DNA of 64,000 bases, taken from positions 86,662,595 to 86,726,594 of the forward strand of contig NC_068990.1 in the NCBI RefSeq assembly GCF_001194135.2, written 5' to 3'. This DNA comes from Octopus bimaculoides (lineage: Eukaryota). Both the position numbers and the translations under genes were made by a program. Shown piece after piece: positions 13,883 to 26,543 of the stretch (positions within the stretch are counted from its first letter, which is position 1; every line of letters starts with the position of its first letter). The notes under the pieces were generated by a model. That model did no database searches. It worked only from the letters and a program-made list of their open reading frames with translations, and was not told the DNA's origin.

Positions 13883-13974
13883 TACCCTTATCACCATGAT
13901 TTCGTAGTTTGAGAAAATATCCCGAAATTCATCCGGATATTTTCTCAGAGTTCGAAATCACGGTGATACGGGTA
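13883..13974. repeat. 92-nt hairpin-forming inverted repeat
   Basis: Arms 13883-13922 and 13935-13974. Plus-strand fold has 35 Watson-Crick pairs, 1 G-U and 4 mismatches, with a 12-nt loop. Confidence 0.9.
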
Positions 13975-14180
13975 TGTCTGACTTTTTCAATTTTCGATTA
14001 TTTTCGTTATTGGTATGCGATCTTAAGGATTTTCTTCCTTTGCTCGCCTTCGCTCTTGTGTTTAAGTAAAAACTTGTCTTTTGAGTAATTTTGACTGCTA
14101 TTTTAGTATGCTGGTACTGCTTGCAGTACCCTTATGTATTAATTGATAATTTTACCTTTATGGTTTGTACACATGCTATT

Positions 14181-14312
14181 CTTTTTATTCTTTTACTTGT
14201 TTCTGTTATTTTGACTGCGGCCATGCTGGAGCACCGCCTTTAATCGAGAAAATGAACCCCAGGACTTATTCTTTGTCAGCTTAGTACTTATTCTATCGAG
14301 CTCTTTTGCCGA
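14181..14312 (-). mobile_element. SINE family A, 3' half only
   Basis: TTTGACTGCGGCCATGCTGGAGCACCGCC...GGACTTATTCTTTG...CTCTTTTGCCG. Confidence 0.85.
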
Positions 14313-14534
14313 TCTCTTTTACCGATCTCTTTTACCCTCCCCTATATTGACGCATACTTATGTAATCACATCGTCTTGGCATGCAAGGATCATTAACAGA
14401 CTTACATTTTGACATCTTTCTCTCTCACTGACCCCAAGAATTCTAAGACCTCATTTTCTGCAGTTTTTCAAATAACTTTAATTTTGTAAAAAACAAAACT
14501 AAAAAAACCCCAAATCCTTAAAAGCATTAAAATG

Positions 14535-14955
14535 TTGCGTATGATCCGCTGTACCACGTGGAATTGAAACATGGACATTATCAAATCAGTATCTAAGCCA
14601 TTGTTTTGGGCATATGGAAGACTTTTGAGAATATCATGGCAGAACATTAAACCAATAATGAAATGCTGAAAATGGTAAAACCTAAAAGAATTTTATTAGG
14701 TGACATCAAAAAGTGAAAACTAAAATATATTGGACCTTCAATTAGCAATAATGGATTACAGAGACTACTAATAGAAGGTTAAAATGATTGGGAAGAGAGG
14801 ATGATGAAATATATATATATAAAAAAAAAGAAGGAAAAAACAGGAATTACGTGGCTGGAAAGGATGAAAAGATTTAAATAGAAAAAAAAATTATAACGAC
14901 AGTATTAGAAAGACACAGATGGAAATCCGTGGTGTACAACCTGCTGAGAGCAGTC
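14535..14955 (+). mobile_element. Decayed RTE-clade LINE 3' fragment
   Basis: Frameshifted pieces ETWTLS, RLLRISWQN and TNNEMLKMVKPKRILLGDIKK*KLKYIG...LQRLLIEG match the RTE C-terminal domain. Confidence 0.75.
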
Positions 14956-14957
14956 AA

Positions 14958-15402
14958 TATATGGTGGTGGTGGTAGTGATGGTGGTGGTGGTAGTGATGG
15001 TGGTGGTGGTGGTGGTGATGATGGTGATGATGATGATGGTGACTGTCTGGAGAATGGCACAGACGGATATAATGGCCTATTATCCATTGCGGCGTTATTA
15101 CAGCAACGTTATACTCTTTCTCTTCCCCTTCGTCCTCACCTCCTCCTCCTTCTCCACCTCCTCCTCCTTCTCCACCTCCTCCTCCTTCTCCACCTCCTCC
15201 TCCTTCTCCACCTCCTCCTCCTTCTCCACCTNNNNNNNNNNNNNNNNNNNNNNNNNNNNNNNNNNNNNNNNNNNNNNNNNNNNNNNNNNNNNNNNNNNNN
15301 NNNCTTCTCCACCTCCTCCTCCTTCTCCACCTCCTCCTCCTTCTCCACCTCCTCCTCCGTCTCCACCTCCTCCTCCTCCTCCTCCTCAGCAACAACAACA
15401 AT

Positions 15403-15480
<78 letters not shown>
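14958..15480. repeat. Compound trinucleotide tract with a 15-bp higher-order unit (CCTCCTCCTTCTCCA)n and (CTA)n
   Basis: Directly visible; interrupted by a gap. Confidence 0.95.
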
Positions 15481-15964
15481 GTAGTTTATCTGGTACTTGC
15501 TATATTTGCTAATACTTTTATGGTTGTCAGTACAGACAGGTTTTTTAACAAAAATGGAAAAAGTGAAGTACTTATAGTATTTACGTTTCCGCAGTAGTTA
15601 TAAATGTTGTTGCAATTTATGTTCTGGTTGCTGTTGGTAGCTGTTTATTTGTTGTTTTTGATGTTGCTGACGGTGGTGGTGGTGGTGGCTGTGGTGATAA
15701 TTCTGCTTCAGCTACCCAGGCGCGCGGATCAAGATTTGGAGCTGAATGTTTTCTGTCTTAATGTCGTGTCTATATATAACCTTGGGCTTAATAAAGTTGT
15801 TATTCTATTTCTGTGTCTGTGTCATTTCTTGTTGGTTGATCAATGGGTTGTTGTTAGAGACTTCTCTACTTTAGTTTTAACATTTTGTAGATGGCCGACC
15901 TGGAACGCTTGAAGGATAGATATCTAGATAAGTTTTAAAAGAGCTAGGACATTGGACAAACTCA

Positions 15965-16315
15965 TTACTTGTTACAATCATTTGACTGTGGCCATACTGG
16001 AGCACCGCCTTTTAGTCGAGCAAACCGACCTCAGGACTTATTCTTTGTAAGCCTAGTACTTATTCTATCGGGCTCTTTTGCCGAACCATTAAGCTACGGG
16101 GACGAAAACACAACAGAATCGGTTATCAAGCGATGTTGGGGGGACAAACACTGACACACACATACATACATATATACATATATACAACGGGCTTCTTTCA
16201 GTTTCCGTCTACAAAATTCACTCACAAGGATTTGGTCGACTCGCGGCTATAGTTGAAGACACTTGCCCAAGGTGCCACGCAGTGAGACTGAACCAGGAAC
16301 CATGTCACTCCTACG
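15965..16315 (-). mobile_element. SINE family A, near full length
   Basis: Colinear with 7990-8394, with a small deletion in the head. Confidence 0.9.
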
Positions 16316-16399
16316 CATTGTAAATTTTATTTTGGAATCAGTAGTATAAAGCTGAGCCTTTAAACATCAAACTACTGATGTAAAGATTTTCTTTACGAG

Positions 16400-18400
16400 A
16401 GTTTAGAGACGGGGATTTTGTGACATGATATTTAAAATTCCGGAACAGGACTGTTGCGAACTTTTAACATATACATGATGGCATATCATTCTCGTTACGG
16501 AGCTAAAATGTTGTGATAAAAGGCAAAGAAATGTTCCCGCAAGTTGATGTCGCAGTCTTCAGTTATGTTTTTGGTGAAAGAAATCGCAATTTAAGCGACT
16601 TTAGTCTCTTCAGTTACGAATGCAATCGTCCAAATCGCGAGTAACAATTAATTCTCAGCGTCAAAATATTGATGGGTTCCTTAATAGTAAATAGAGAGTT
16701 GCAATTGAGCTTTCTACGAGATGTTGTCAGCCTGTGAATATCGTTTTAGAAGCATGCTTCTGCAGATGTGACTCAATGGAAGTCACATTCGTTTTCAGAG
16801 TTTTAAATTATTTCCCAGTTTGAGATAAGGCGAAATATACTTGGAGTGCATAGGTATTGCTGTCTGCTTCACATTGTTTTTTCCTGCACAGTTACCGAGT
16901 GAGGTCAAATGTATGTCTTTGTCTATATATCTGAAAGTATTATGAAGAACAACGTGAGATTTAACATATTGTATTGCGACAATCTACTAATCTAGTTATT
17001 TTCCCAGATTTCTCGGATAAGTCTTCGTTGGCCGCGAGCATTTGACTTTGGTCATTCTTGAAACCAAAGAGCCATATGCATACATTTCATGGACGATTTG
17101 TGAAAAGTGTTGGTGAAATCCATATTCACAATCATCCATATAACAAATGATTCAGAATTTCGTAGTATTGTTGTAGAGGTTGTATCGGCTTCTTACAAAC
17201 ATAATGTATGGTGTTCTTAAAATCCCTTTGTTAGAGGAAATCCCCTGTTATGTTTCTGAATTTAATTTTCTCCAGAACTTTTGAAAGGTGACATAGGTCC
17301 GTCATTTTTTTAATGTTCCCATTGACACCCGAAGCTAGATCATTACTAGAAATACTGAGAGAAGAAATTACACTTCTTCTCAATGAATCAGTGCTATTTC
17401 ATGTTGCAGAATTGTACAAATGTACCATCTAAATAGGACTCGTATGGTATTTTTAAGGACTAACAAGACAGAATTGGTCACATTTAGAACCATACTGGGG
17501 TGAAGTTTATATGAAAATATCTTAGTGATTTAGTTATGTCTTGTTTTGTACATACATTATGGGTTAGATTGTTGTGAGAAGTTTTTGTCTGGTAAAATAT
17601 TCATGTTGCTCTTTCATCGGATCAAAATCGATATATTTGTATTGCTGTTTGAGCAGATATTAAATCCACAAACGATCGTCTATGTGCAACCATCCTGACA
17701 TTGGCGTGTACTGAATTTGATTTGAAGAGTTGAGATTTAGGTGCATAGAGAATAAAGCCTTTGGATATGATTTTATCCGATTACCACCATGAGATTTTTC
17801 TTGATCTTTCCTTTTCATCGAAGTTTTCCAGTACAGTTTGAATGATTTATATTTTAACTTTTTTTCTAGGTTTGTCTTTGAAAAAATAGGATTATTGAGG
17901 TTTTTATAATATTTTAGTACCACCATGGGGATTTGAGAGACTCTTGGATCTGTATATCTCTTTATTGTATTTCGATAATTGAGATGTGAATGAGATTATA
18001 TAGTTCTTAGTATTTCTTTGTACAGAAATTCAGTTCTGTTCTCCAGGTCGAATTGTCCGAAATCTATTCACTAATGAACCTCAATTGAGTTCCATTCAGC
18101 ATTCAAGGGGAAGAAAAAGGAAGACAAAATGTAACATATTAGACTTCTCTATGGATTACATCATAACTTGATAAATGAAGAGGTTTCGTTGCTGTCGTCA
18201 ATACATTCATTCTGATTGGGAGTGAGCTAACAGATTTAATATTCTTTGCAGTTCATTTTATTCCTGGTAACATCAAATTACCCAGAAACATAACAAGTTT
18301 CCCATTATCAGCATCTCTGAATACCTTTTGCTCTATTTATCAGGCTCTTCAAAGCAATCAGGAAGAGTGAAAATCAAAGGAAGGGCATAACATAAACACT
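16400..18400 (-). mobile_element. Highly decayed CR1/L2-like LINE (about 2 kb)
   Basis: Microsatellite-free tract. Minus-strand remnants include RLKSLKL (about 16587-16608; CR1 ERLxxLxL motif) and a YMDD-like RT remnant near 17145. Many stops and frameshifts; boundaries approximate. Confidence 0.5.
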
Positions 18401-18694
18401 TTGTGTGTCCGGTGAGTGATTAGCAATTCATATACCGTAGTGAAATGTACAAAGAAGCTTCTTGCAGCACGATATTCCCAAACATACAAGGACATCCGAC
18501 ATAATTTTTGGATCGTCCGTATGGTTTCTATATTTTAAAGCCTCTTAATTTTGTGTACGTAGGTGTCTCGTGGTCCAGGTATGTGATGCACCCCTGTCAA
18601 CCCAATAGGGATAAACTATGTTGTATTCTTTTCTTCGTATTGGTGTTGCATTAATTGTTATTCGGTTTTTGCTAGTCGATATTATCTTCATTGT

Positions 18695-18907
18695 AAGGCG
18701 TCGAGCTGGCAGAAACGTTAGCACGCCGGGCGAAATGCTTAGCGGTATTTCGTTTGTCATTATTTCTGAGTTCAAATTCCGCCGAGGTCGACATTGCCTT
18801 TCATCCTTTCGGGGTCGATAAATTAAGTACCAGTTGCGTACTGGTGTTGATCTAATCGACTGGCCCCTTCTCCCCAAATTTCGGGCCTTGTGCGTAGAGT
18901 AGAAAAG
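18695..18907 (+). mobile_element. Full-length tRNA-derived SINE (family B) with 17-bp TSD
   Basis: GGCGTCGAGCTGGCAGAAACGTTAGC...GAGTTCAAATTCC...CCTTTCATCCTTTCGGGGTCGATAAATTAAGTACCAG. GATATTATCTTCATTGT is repeated at 18678-18694 and 18908-18924. Confidence 0.92.
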
Positions 18908-19060
18908 GATATTATCTTCATTGTTCTTCAATTATTCACAAGTGAGGATTGATCCGGCAGATGTAAGATTTAAGATTTTTCTCATATGACAAAACTGTTT
19001 TAATAAGTATGGCGGGATTACAATATATCTTTATTTAAGGAAGTATATCCTTTTAAAGTT

Positions 19061-19332
19061 GCTGGTGAAGGTGGCCGTTTCTATATTGGTTCAGAAGCGT
19101 GATATACTTACTGTATAATAGTAGTAGTAATGGTGGTAGTAGTAGTAGTGATAGTAGTAGTAGTAGTAGTAGTAGATAGTTGCTATTTCTAGCATATCCA
19201 ACAGCCCTGTAGAGGTGCTGGTGAAGGTGGCCGTTTCTATATTGGTTCAGAAGCGTGATATACTTACTGTATAATAGTAGTAGTAATGGTGGTAGTAGTA
19301 GTAGTGATAGTAGTAGTAGTAGTAGTAGTAGC
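19061..19332 (+). repeat. Near-identical tandem duplication, period 156 bp
   Basis: GCTGGTGAAGGTGGCCG...(TAG)n at 19061 and again at 19217. Confidence 0.9.
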
Positions 19333-20240
19333 AGTAGCAGTAGTAGTGACTATCATTGTTGTTCTTGTTGATTTCACTAACGTCGTTGTAGGTTCTGTCG
19401 GTGTAGTTAATTGCAGTGGCAACAGTGTTTGTGTTTATTCGTTACATTTCAGGAAGTAAAACATATTCGAAGGCAATACATTTCGCAGTCACAAGAGAAT
19501 AGCTGCTTGTGTAAGAACGATGTTCAGAGAAGTTAAAGATGAAGACAAATGTGAGATGTAAGTAGTCAGGTGTTGGTGTTGGTGGTAGCAGTGAGGATCT
19601 ATCAAAGAATATAGAAATCAAATATAGGTGACAGCTGCAGCATAGTAGACACAAACAGCCACATGTAAGCATACATATATAATTAGATTTGTATATCTAT
19701 GAGCATATGTATATGTGGTTGTGTGGGCGTGTGTGTGCATTTGTGTGTGCGTACGTGCATGTGTGTGTAGAGGCAGTATAGCCGAATGTTTGAAATGTTT
19801 GTAACCAAGTTTCGGATTCTATCATTTTCTATAGAATGGCGTCAACCAATAACTTGCGAGCGAAACTGGGTTGACAGAAAACTGCAAAGGATGAATTCTG
19901 TCTATAATTCAATGTAACAACTGAATTGTGACAGTAACACTTGTTCGTAACAACGCAACACATATATTCGCATCGTTGCTGACCTGTTGATGACAACCTG
20001 AGCTAGAGGGAGAATCGTCACAATTAGCTGTGCCTTCAACTCATCAGAAGAAAGTTTGAAGATCTCTTCCTGGTATTTATGCGTTTCAGGAATGAAACGT
20101 GAGAAGAACAACCAGTTATTAAAAATATGCATGTTTCAGCAGAATGTTTTTTATTGGATTTGAAAACAAATTACAATGAAATTATAGAAAGATGCTAAAA
20201 GAGCAGAATTATTAGAAAGAAAATATATTTCAGTAATTCA

Positions 20241-20630
20241 TTTATTCTTTTATTCTTTTATTCCTTTACATGTTTCAGTCACTTGACTGCAGCCATACTG
20301 GAGCACTGCCTTTAGACAAACAAATCGACCCGAGGACCTATTCTTTGTAAGCCTAGTACTTATTCCATCGGTCTCTTTTGCTGAACCGCTAAGTTAAAGG
20401 GACGTGAACACACCAACGCCGGTTGTCAAGCGATGGTAGGGGGACAAACAGACACAAAAATACACACACAGACATACACTACGGGCTTCTTTCAGTTTCC
20501 GTCAACTCACAAGGCGTTGGTAGGCCCGAAGCTATAGAAGAAGACACTTGACCAGTGTGACACGCAGTGGGACTGAACCCGGAACCATGTGGTTGGGAAG
20601 CAAGCTACTTACCACACAGCCACTCCTGCG
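20241..20630 (-). mobile_element. SINE family A, full length
   Basis: Colinear with 7990-8394. Confidence 0.9.
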
Positions 20631-21224
20631 CCTTTCAATGATTTTTATACATGCAATTTTCCATAAAAATGCAATGTTCGTTGGAGAGGATGGAATTGAA
20701 AAAAGTAAGTCATATGCCCGTAACAGGTTGAATACAACAAGAAAACAACAAATAGAGGAGACGTGGATGAATTCATAGAATAGGGTTTTAAATGTTAGTG
20801 ATGAGGAATCAGTTAGAAAGGGTATACTGCTGAAGAGGTATGCACTAAAGGGAATAAGATCTCTACTTGTGAAATGCCCCGTTGTAGTGTTATACATTCC
20901 ATCCAGTACCATGTTACAGTACAACTAGGTGTGAGGTGTTTGAAAACAACTGTCAGAATATTTCATCTCAGAAAGCAGAATGTATAAAACATTATATTAT
21001 TGACTGATTTAACATTTTTGATGAATTGACTACATTTGGTAAGGATAAGGCACTCACAAAGCACAGCCAGAATATGCGCCGTTACAGCTCTGATGGTCAA
21101 AGTCAGCGGCAGATGTGAGAATAGTCATTTTGTTTTGTCCTGTTTATCCGATGTCCAGCTTAACGGAGTCTAAAATAAAGAGAACTCTACGTGTGTATAT
21201 GTGTGTGCATGAATGTATGACGTG

Positions 21225-21228
21225 TATG

Positions 21229-21260
<32 letters not shown>

Positions 21261-21290
21261 TGTATGTATGTATGTATGTATGTATGTATG

Positions 21291-21337
<47 letters not shown>

Positions 21338-21338
21338 T
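21225..21338. repeat. (TATG)n(TATC)n compound microsatellite
   Basis: Directly visible. Confidence 0.95.
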
Positions 21339-21769
21339 TTCATACACTGAGAGCGAAGGAGGACGAGTAAGAAAATGAAAGCGAAAAAGAGATAGAGAAT
21401 GAGAGACATAAGGAAGAAAGAAAGTGAGAGAGAGAGAGGGAGGAAAAGCGAAAGAGAACGAGGTATAGTTCGATATAATGAAAAAAAATTTCTGAGAAAT
21501 GCAATCCTGAAAAATGAGACAGGGTAGTCATGGCGTGAATCCTTTTCAAAGTAGTTCATAGTCTCCGAGCGACAGAACCAACATTCGTCTGGAAGTAAAT
21601 GAAAAAAATATATTATGAAAGCAGAATATAAATAAAAGCACTGGAATTAGGAATGAAAACGGAAAAACACAAAAATACGATTTAATTTAAAAATCAAAAT
21701 GAATTACTTTTTATTTACATTCACTGATAAAATATAATTTATTTCAGTGTATATAAATTGTCGGAATTC

Positions 21770-21880
<111 letters not shown>

Positions 21881-23319
21881 TTACATACGTATGCATATAT
21901 ATATATATGTATATAGGTATGTGTGTGCGTTTATGTATGTCGTATGTGCGTACTTCTGTGTATATGCGTATATGTGTGCATATGTGCATGTGTGTACATG
22001 TTTGCATGTGTGTGTGTGTATGTGTTTATGTGTGTTTGTATGTATGCGTACGATATTTGTCGACGTAAGGGACATGTCAAATGTGATAAAGTTAAATAAT
22101 TCGCTCTACCATTTAATTATGGTTTCTGTGAGTGTAAAAACGGAACAAAGAAGGTGTTAAATGAGATATTAAATTAGATTTCCAGCTTCAGAAATAAAAC
22201 TAAACAGGAATACAAACTAGAAGTGAGGCAAGATGGCCGCACGGAATTATTTACAGCGTTTGGTTTTATAGCTCCAGCTCCACCTTTTGCTATTGATTTT
22301 TTTGAATGGTTTTCAGATTAAAGAGGCCGCGGAACACCGGATTTCCTGTCCGAATATATCAGAAAATATTTGTTATTTATTTTTTCAACGAAGGGTCTAA
22401 CACGTAATATTGGTTCACATTCTGGATTGGTTTTGTTTGTTTTTTTGTTTTTTTTTTGTTGTTGGTTAGCCACAAGTCAGCAGAGAAAAGGTAGAATAAT
22501 GATCGGAATAATGATCACCTGTCATTCTGCCTACTCATGACAATCTTATTTGTATATCTAGAACGATATAAACTAGTGAGTTGCTCCTTACATTTTAAGG
22601 ACAGCAGGGTTGTAAACTGAAGATTTTACTGCTATTTGTAGCGAGAGGATCCACCACGGATAATCATACTTGTTTTCTGAATCGGATAGGCACTTCCGTT
22701 ATATACACTGTCCCTAAAAGTATTCACGAGATACACTCGATACACCCTTCCCAATAAACTGAAAAAGACCAAGTTGTCATTCTCGGAACACTATTGAATA
22801 AATATCTGCTGCATTATGTTTGACGTGACCTCAACGACTAAAATGACAAATATAAAGTAATCACCAACATGACTTCACTATTTATACTAACACCACAATA
22901 TATTTTAACCAATGGGATTAGCAACAATAACACGACTAGAGTAGCAGCCAAATCCTACTCATGCCTACTGTCTGGAAATGATAAGACATTTTGGAAAATG
23001 TCCTACATGCATCATATAAAAAGCTTAACACACGAGCGCCACAGTGAGTATCCTATTCATCATACGTCTGTAGGGTATAACATATTTTAATTTCACTGCT
23101 ATAATTACATTATAAATAATAGATATAATTACAGGACCGTGGAGAGACGAATCATCCCTTCCCCAATTAAGGAAAAATACCATGGCGTTCGACTCACTTA
23201 TCCGGAAAAATAGACCGTACTTTCTCAAAAGAGGTCGGGAAATTGAATCTGAGAACTTGATAGATAATTATCAATTTAGATAAGTGTACAAATCCACCGT
23301 TCTAAATCAGAGCATCATA

Positions 23320-23515
23320 ATATTTTCTGTTTTTGGTACAAGATCAATAATTTTGAGGTGTGGTATTAGTCAATTCTATCAATCCCAGGAATTTAATGGT
23401 ACATGGAAAAGATTAAATGCAAGGTTCACCTTGGCGGGAGTTAAACTTAAAATGTAAATGGCCGGAAGAAGTGTCTCTTAGCATTTTCCCGACGCTCCAA
23501 CAATTCAAGCTGCCT
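23320..23515 (-). mobile_element. Diverged SINE family B copy
   Basis: Minus-strand similarity to the family B head and tail; sits head-to-head with the copy at 23585. Confidence 0.65.
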
Positions 23516-23584
23516 TCAGATTGGCTTTTTGACTTCTTGAGGTGGTAATGTTAGCTATGTTCTCTATCAGTAGTAGATCATTCT

Positions 23585-23801
23585 AGGCGGTGTGCCAGCA
23601 GAATCGTTACCGCACCGGGCAAAATGCTTCACGACATTTCGTCCGTCTTTACGTTCTAAGCTCAAATTCTGCTGAGGCCGACTTAGCCTTTAATTCCATC
23701 GCAGTCGATGAAATAAGTACCAGTTGAACACTGGGGGTCGATGTAATCTACTTACCACCTCCTCTGATATTGCTGGCCTTGTGCCAAAATTTGAAACCAA
23801 T
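23585..23801 (+). mobile_element. SINE family B copy
   Basis: GGCGGTG...CGTTCTAAGCTCAAATTC...GTCGATGAAATAAGTACCAGTTGAACACTGGGGGTCGAT...GGCCTTGTGCCAAAATTTGAAA. Confidence 0.85.
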
Positions 23802-24607
23802 ACTGGCTACTTGGGGCAGAAAAGAGAGGAGAAGTTTTGCAGCATCTATTTCTTCTTTTCCAAATTTTTTTTGTCATGTAACTGTAAATAAAGCTACTAT
23901 ATCTAGGATTCGAACTTGCATATGAATTCTGATTGCTATAAACTCACCACCTCCGCTGCGATGTTCGTCACTATACTAGTTATTCTGTAACCTTAATAAC
24001 CTTAATAACATAGCGCAGAGCACACTTTAATATCGACTCTTTGTGTATATCATATATGCTGTAAGCACATATTTTAAAATAACATTACATATAATCTGCC
24101 ACATCTATATATATCCGATAGCACTCCATAATTATATCCTATAATATCAGATAAAGGTAACATATATTTAGCATATAGGAATTAATTCTTTTGAAGCCGT
24201 AACAAATTGATAATTCCGTGTTGCAGCATAATTTCGTTTCCACGAAAGAGATTCTGTTTTTCGCTTGGTTACCGTTAACTTAATAACTTCAGGCTGTAAG
24301 TAACGTATATTTTATTGTGATAACACCTTATACACTTAGGAGGATTTAGAAACATGAACAACAGAAGTGGGTGGTATTGGCAGATGAAATATAAACTATA
24401 GTGTTTACGATTTTTATAACTTACTGGTGTTATGAACCAATGGTAGAACTTCTACTAGATCACTCAACCTGCAAGAAATAACAGCCAAATCTTCCTCAGA
24501 TCACACATGCAACTTTCAAAAAAGTGACCGAAGCTTGCATGTCTAAGCTAATAAAATCCTGGAAACATTTCTCATTCATGAAGCAGTTGTATGCTGTCAA
24601 CTTAATG

Positions 24608-24879
24608 TGACAGTCCCCTGAAGGGAATAATAGTACTGCTATTTAGCACTAGGAAGCAGCACTGCTTCTAGTCGGCCTTGACACATTTTCTGTGTCCTTA
24701 TGTTTACAAGGGGGAGACAAGCACCTCCACCCAGCTAAGCCTGCACCCAGAGATGGATGGAGGTGCCTGTCTCCCCCTTGTAAACATAAGGACACAGGAA
24801 ATGTTTCAAGGCCGACAAGAAACGGTGCAGTTTCCTAGGTCTAACCAACAGTAGTATTATTCCCTTCAGGGGACTGTCA
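24608..24879. repeat. 272-bp fold-back (MITE-like) inverted repeat
   Basis: Arms 24608-24729 and 24758-24879, 122 bp each, ungapped, about 14 mismatches by hand count; 28-nt spacer. Confidence 0.92.
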
Positions 24880-25149
24880 TACAACTACTTCATTGTATCA
24901 CTACTGCATACATCTCTCTGAGAGATTTAGAAATGTATTATTTCTAAATTTCTCATTCATTAAAAAAAGATGCTGCGATCATGATTTGGCCATCTTTGAC
25001 CATTGGTTCACTCAGGAATGATGCGGGTGCGACTAAAACAAAATCAGCAGCAACAACACCTTACTGCATTAAAAAAATCTTTTAATGGGAACAAGTGAGA
25101 CGATAGTGGCATGGAGTTTGACGATCGTCTAGGTTTAGATTAAACTTGT

Positions 25150-25530
25150 TGTGGCACTCCGTCGGTTATGACGACGAGGGTTCCAGTTGATCCGATCAAC
25201 GGAACAGCCTGCTCGTGAAATTAACGTGCAAGTGGCTGAGCACTCCACAGACATGTGTACACTTAACGTAGTTCTCGGGGAGATTCAGCGTGACACAGAG
25301 TGTGACAAGGCGGGCCCTTTGAAATACAGGTACAACAGAAATAGGAAGAAAGAGTGAGAGAAAGTTGTGGTGAAAGAACGCAGCAGCGTTCACCCCGCCA
25401 CTGCCGGAGCCTTGTGGAGCTTTAGGTGTTTTCACTCAATAGACACTCACAACGCCCGGTCTGGGAATCGAAAACGCGATCTTACGACCGTGAGTGCACT
25501 GCCCTAACCACTGGGCCATTGCGCCTCCAC
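25150..25530 (-). mobile_element. Full-length tRNA-derived SINE (family C) with 11-bp TSD
   Basis: Head GTGGAGGCGCAATGGCCCAGTGGTTAGGGC...TTCGATTCCC (A and B boxes). Identical ATTAAACTTGT at 25139-25149 and 25531-25541. Confidence 0.9.
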
Positions 25531-26291
25531 ATTAAACTTGTAAATACACACTCTAAGGTTCCTTTGTTGCCTCAATAGTGGGGTAGGCTATAATAATGAA
25601 AACTATCAATAAAACTGTACAATTTCGAGAAGCAACAAGAAGTGTGTGTATTGTTTGGACCCAAACCCATGTCTTCTCGTCGACGCTTTTTATTAAATCA
25701 TCTAACTACGTATATTTGTGTTCTGCGCATATGAGAACTCTTTGTATTTCTACATTTCATGTTGTTCATTAACCTAAACATTATGTACTCATCGTTCAAC
25801 GTTTGGCTAATCAACAATAAATCGAAATTATTTCTCAAACTTACAGGATATAAATGTAAACAACACATAGCTTTAGCATGATTTGTGTGAATTGAATGAC
25901 GTGTCGGTTTGCTTAACATTATATAATAACATAAAGACTTTGTAAGCACAGAGACACAGCTGAGACAGAATGTTATCAAGTACTAAAATTCAAAACAATT
26001 TCAAAATGGCATTGACGTGTGATAATATAATCTTTCCAGACTGGGAGAGGGTCTGATGTTGAGGATGATTACTAAGTGACTTAATTTGGCAGCATTATGA
26101 AGGGGGAAGGAGCAAGTGAGGACCGGCTTCAGTTTTCCCTGGATGTTTCTCTTAGTCTCCTCGTTTCTCATTTATATATTCTTTGTATTGGTGCGTTAAT
26201 CTTTGTATAAACTCGTATATCAATATATAAGGACACGCAAGAACGAGCGAACGGGAACATACACATGTATATAAAGATTTACATATGCGCA

Positions 26292-26417
26292 ACGGGTTTT
26301 AGTCGAACAAATTCATCCCTGGACTTATGTTTTAAAGGCCAGTACTATCGGCCTCGTAAACATCAACACTGGCTGTCAAGCAATGATGGCAGGACGAACA
26401 CAGACACAAACACACAC

Positions 26418-26499
<82 letters not shown>

Positions 26500-26504
26500 G
26501 TGTA

Positions 26505-26543
<39 letters not shown>

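Noticed and set aside
22704-22730. TA|CACTGTCCCTAAAAGTATT, Tc1-like TIR start
   Set aside because: No matching opposite TIR or transposase remnant found.
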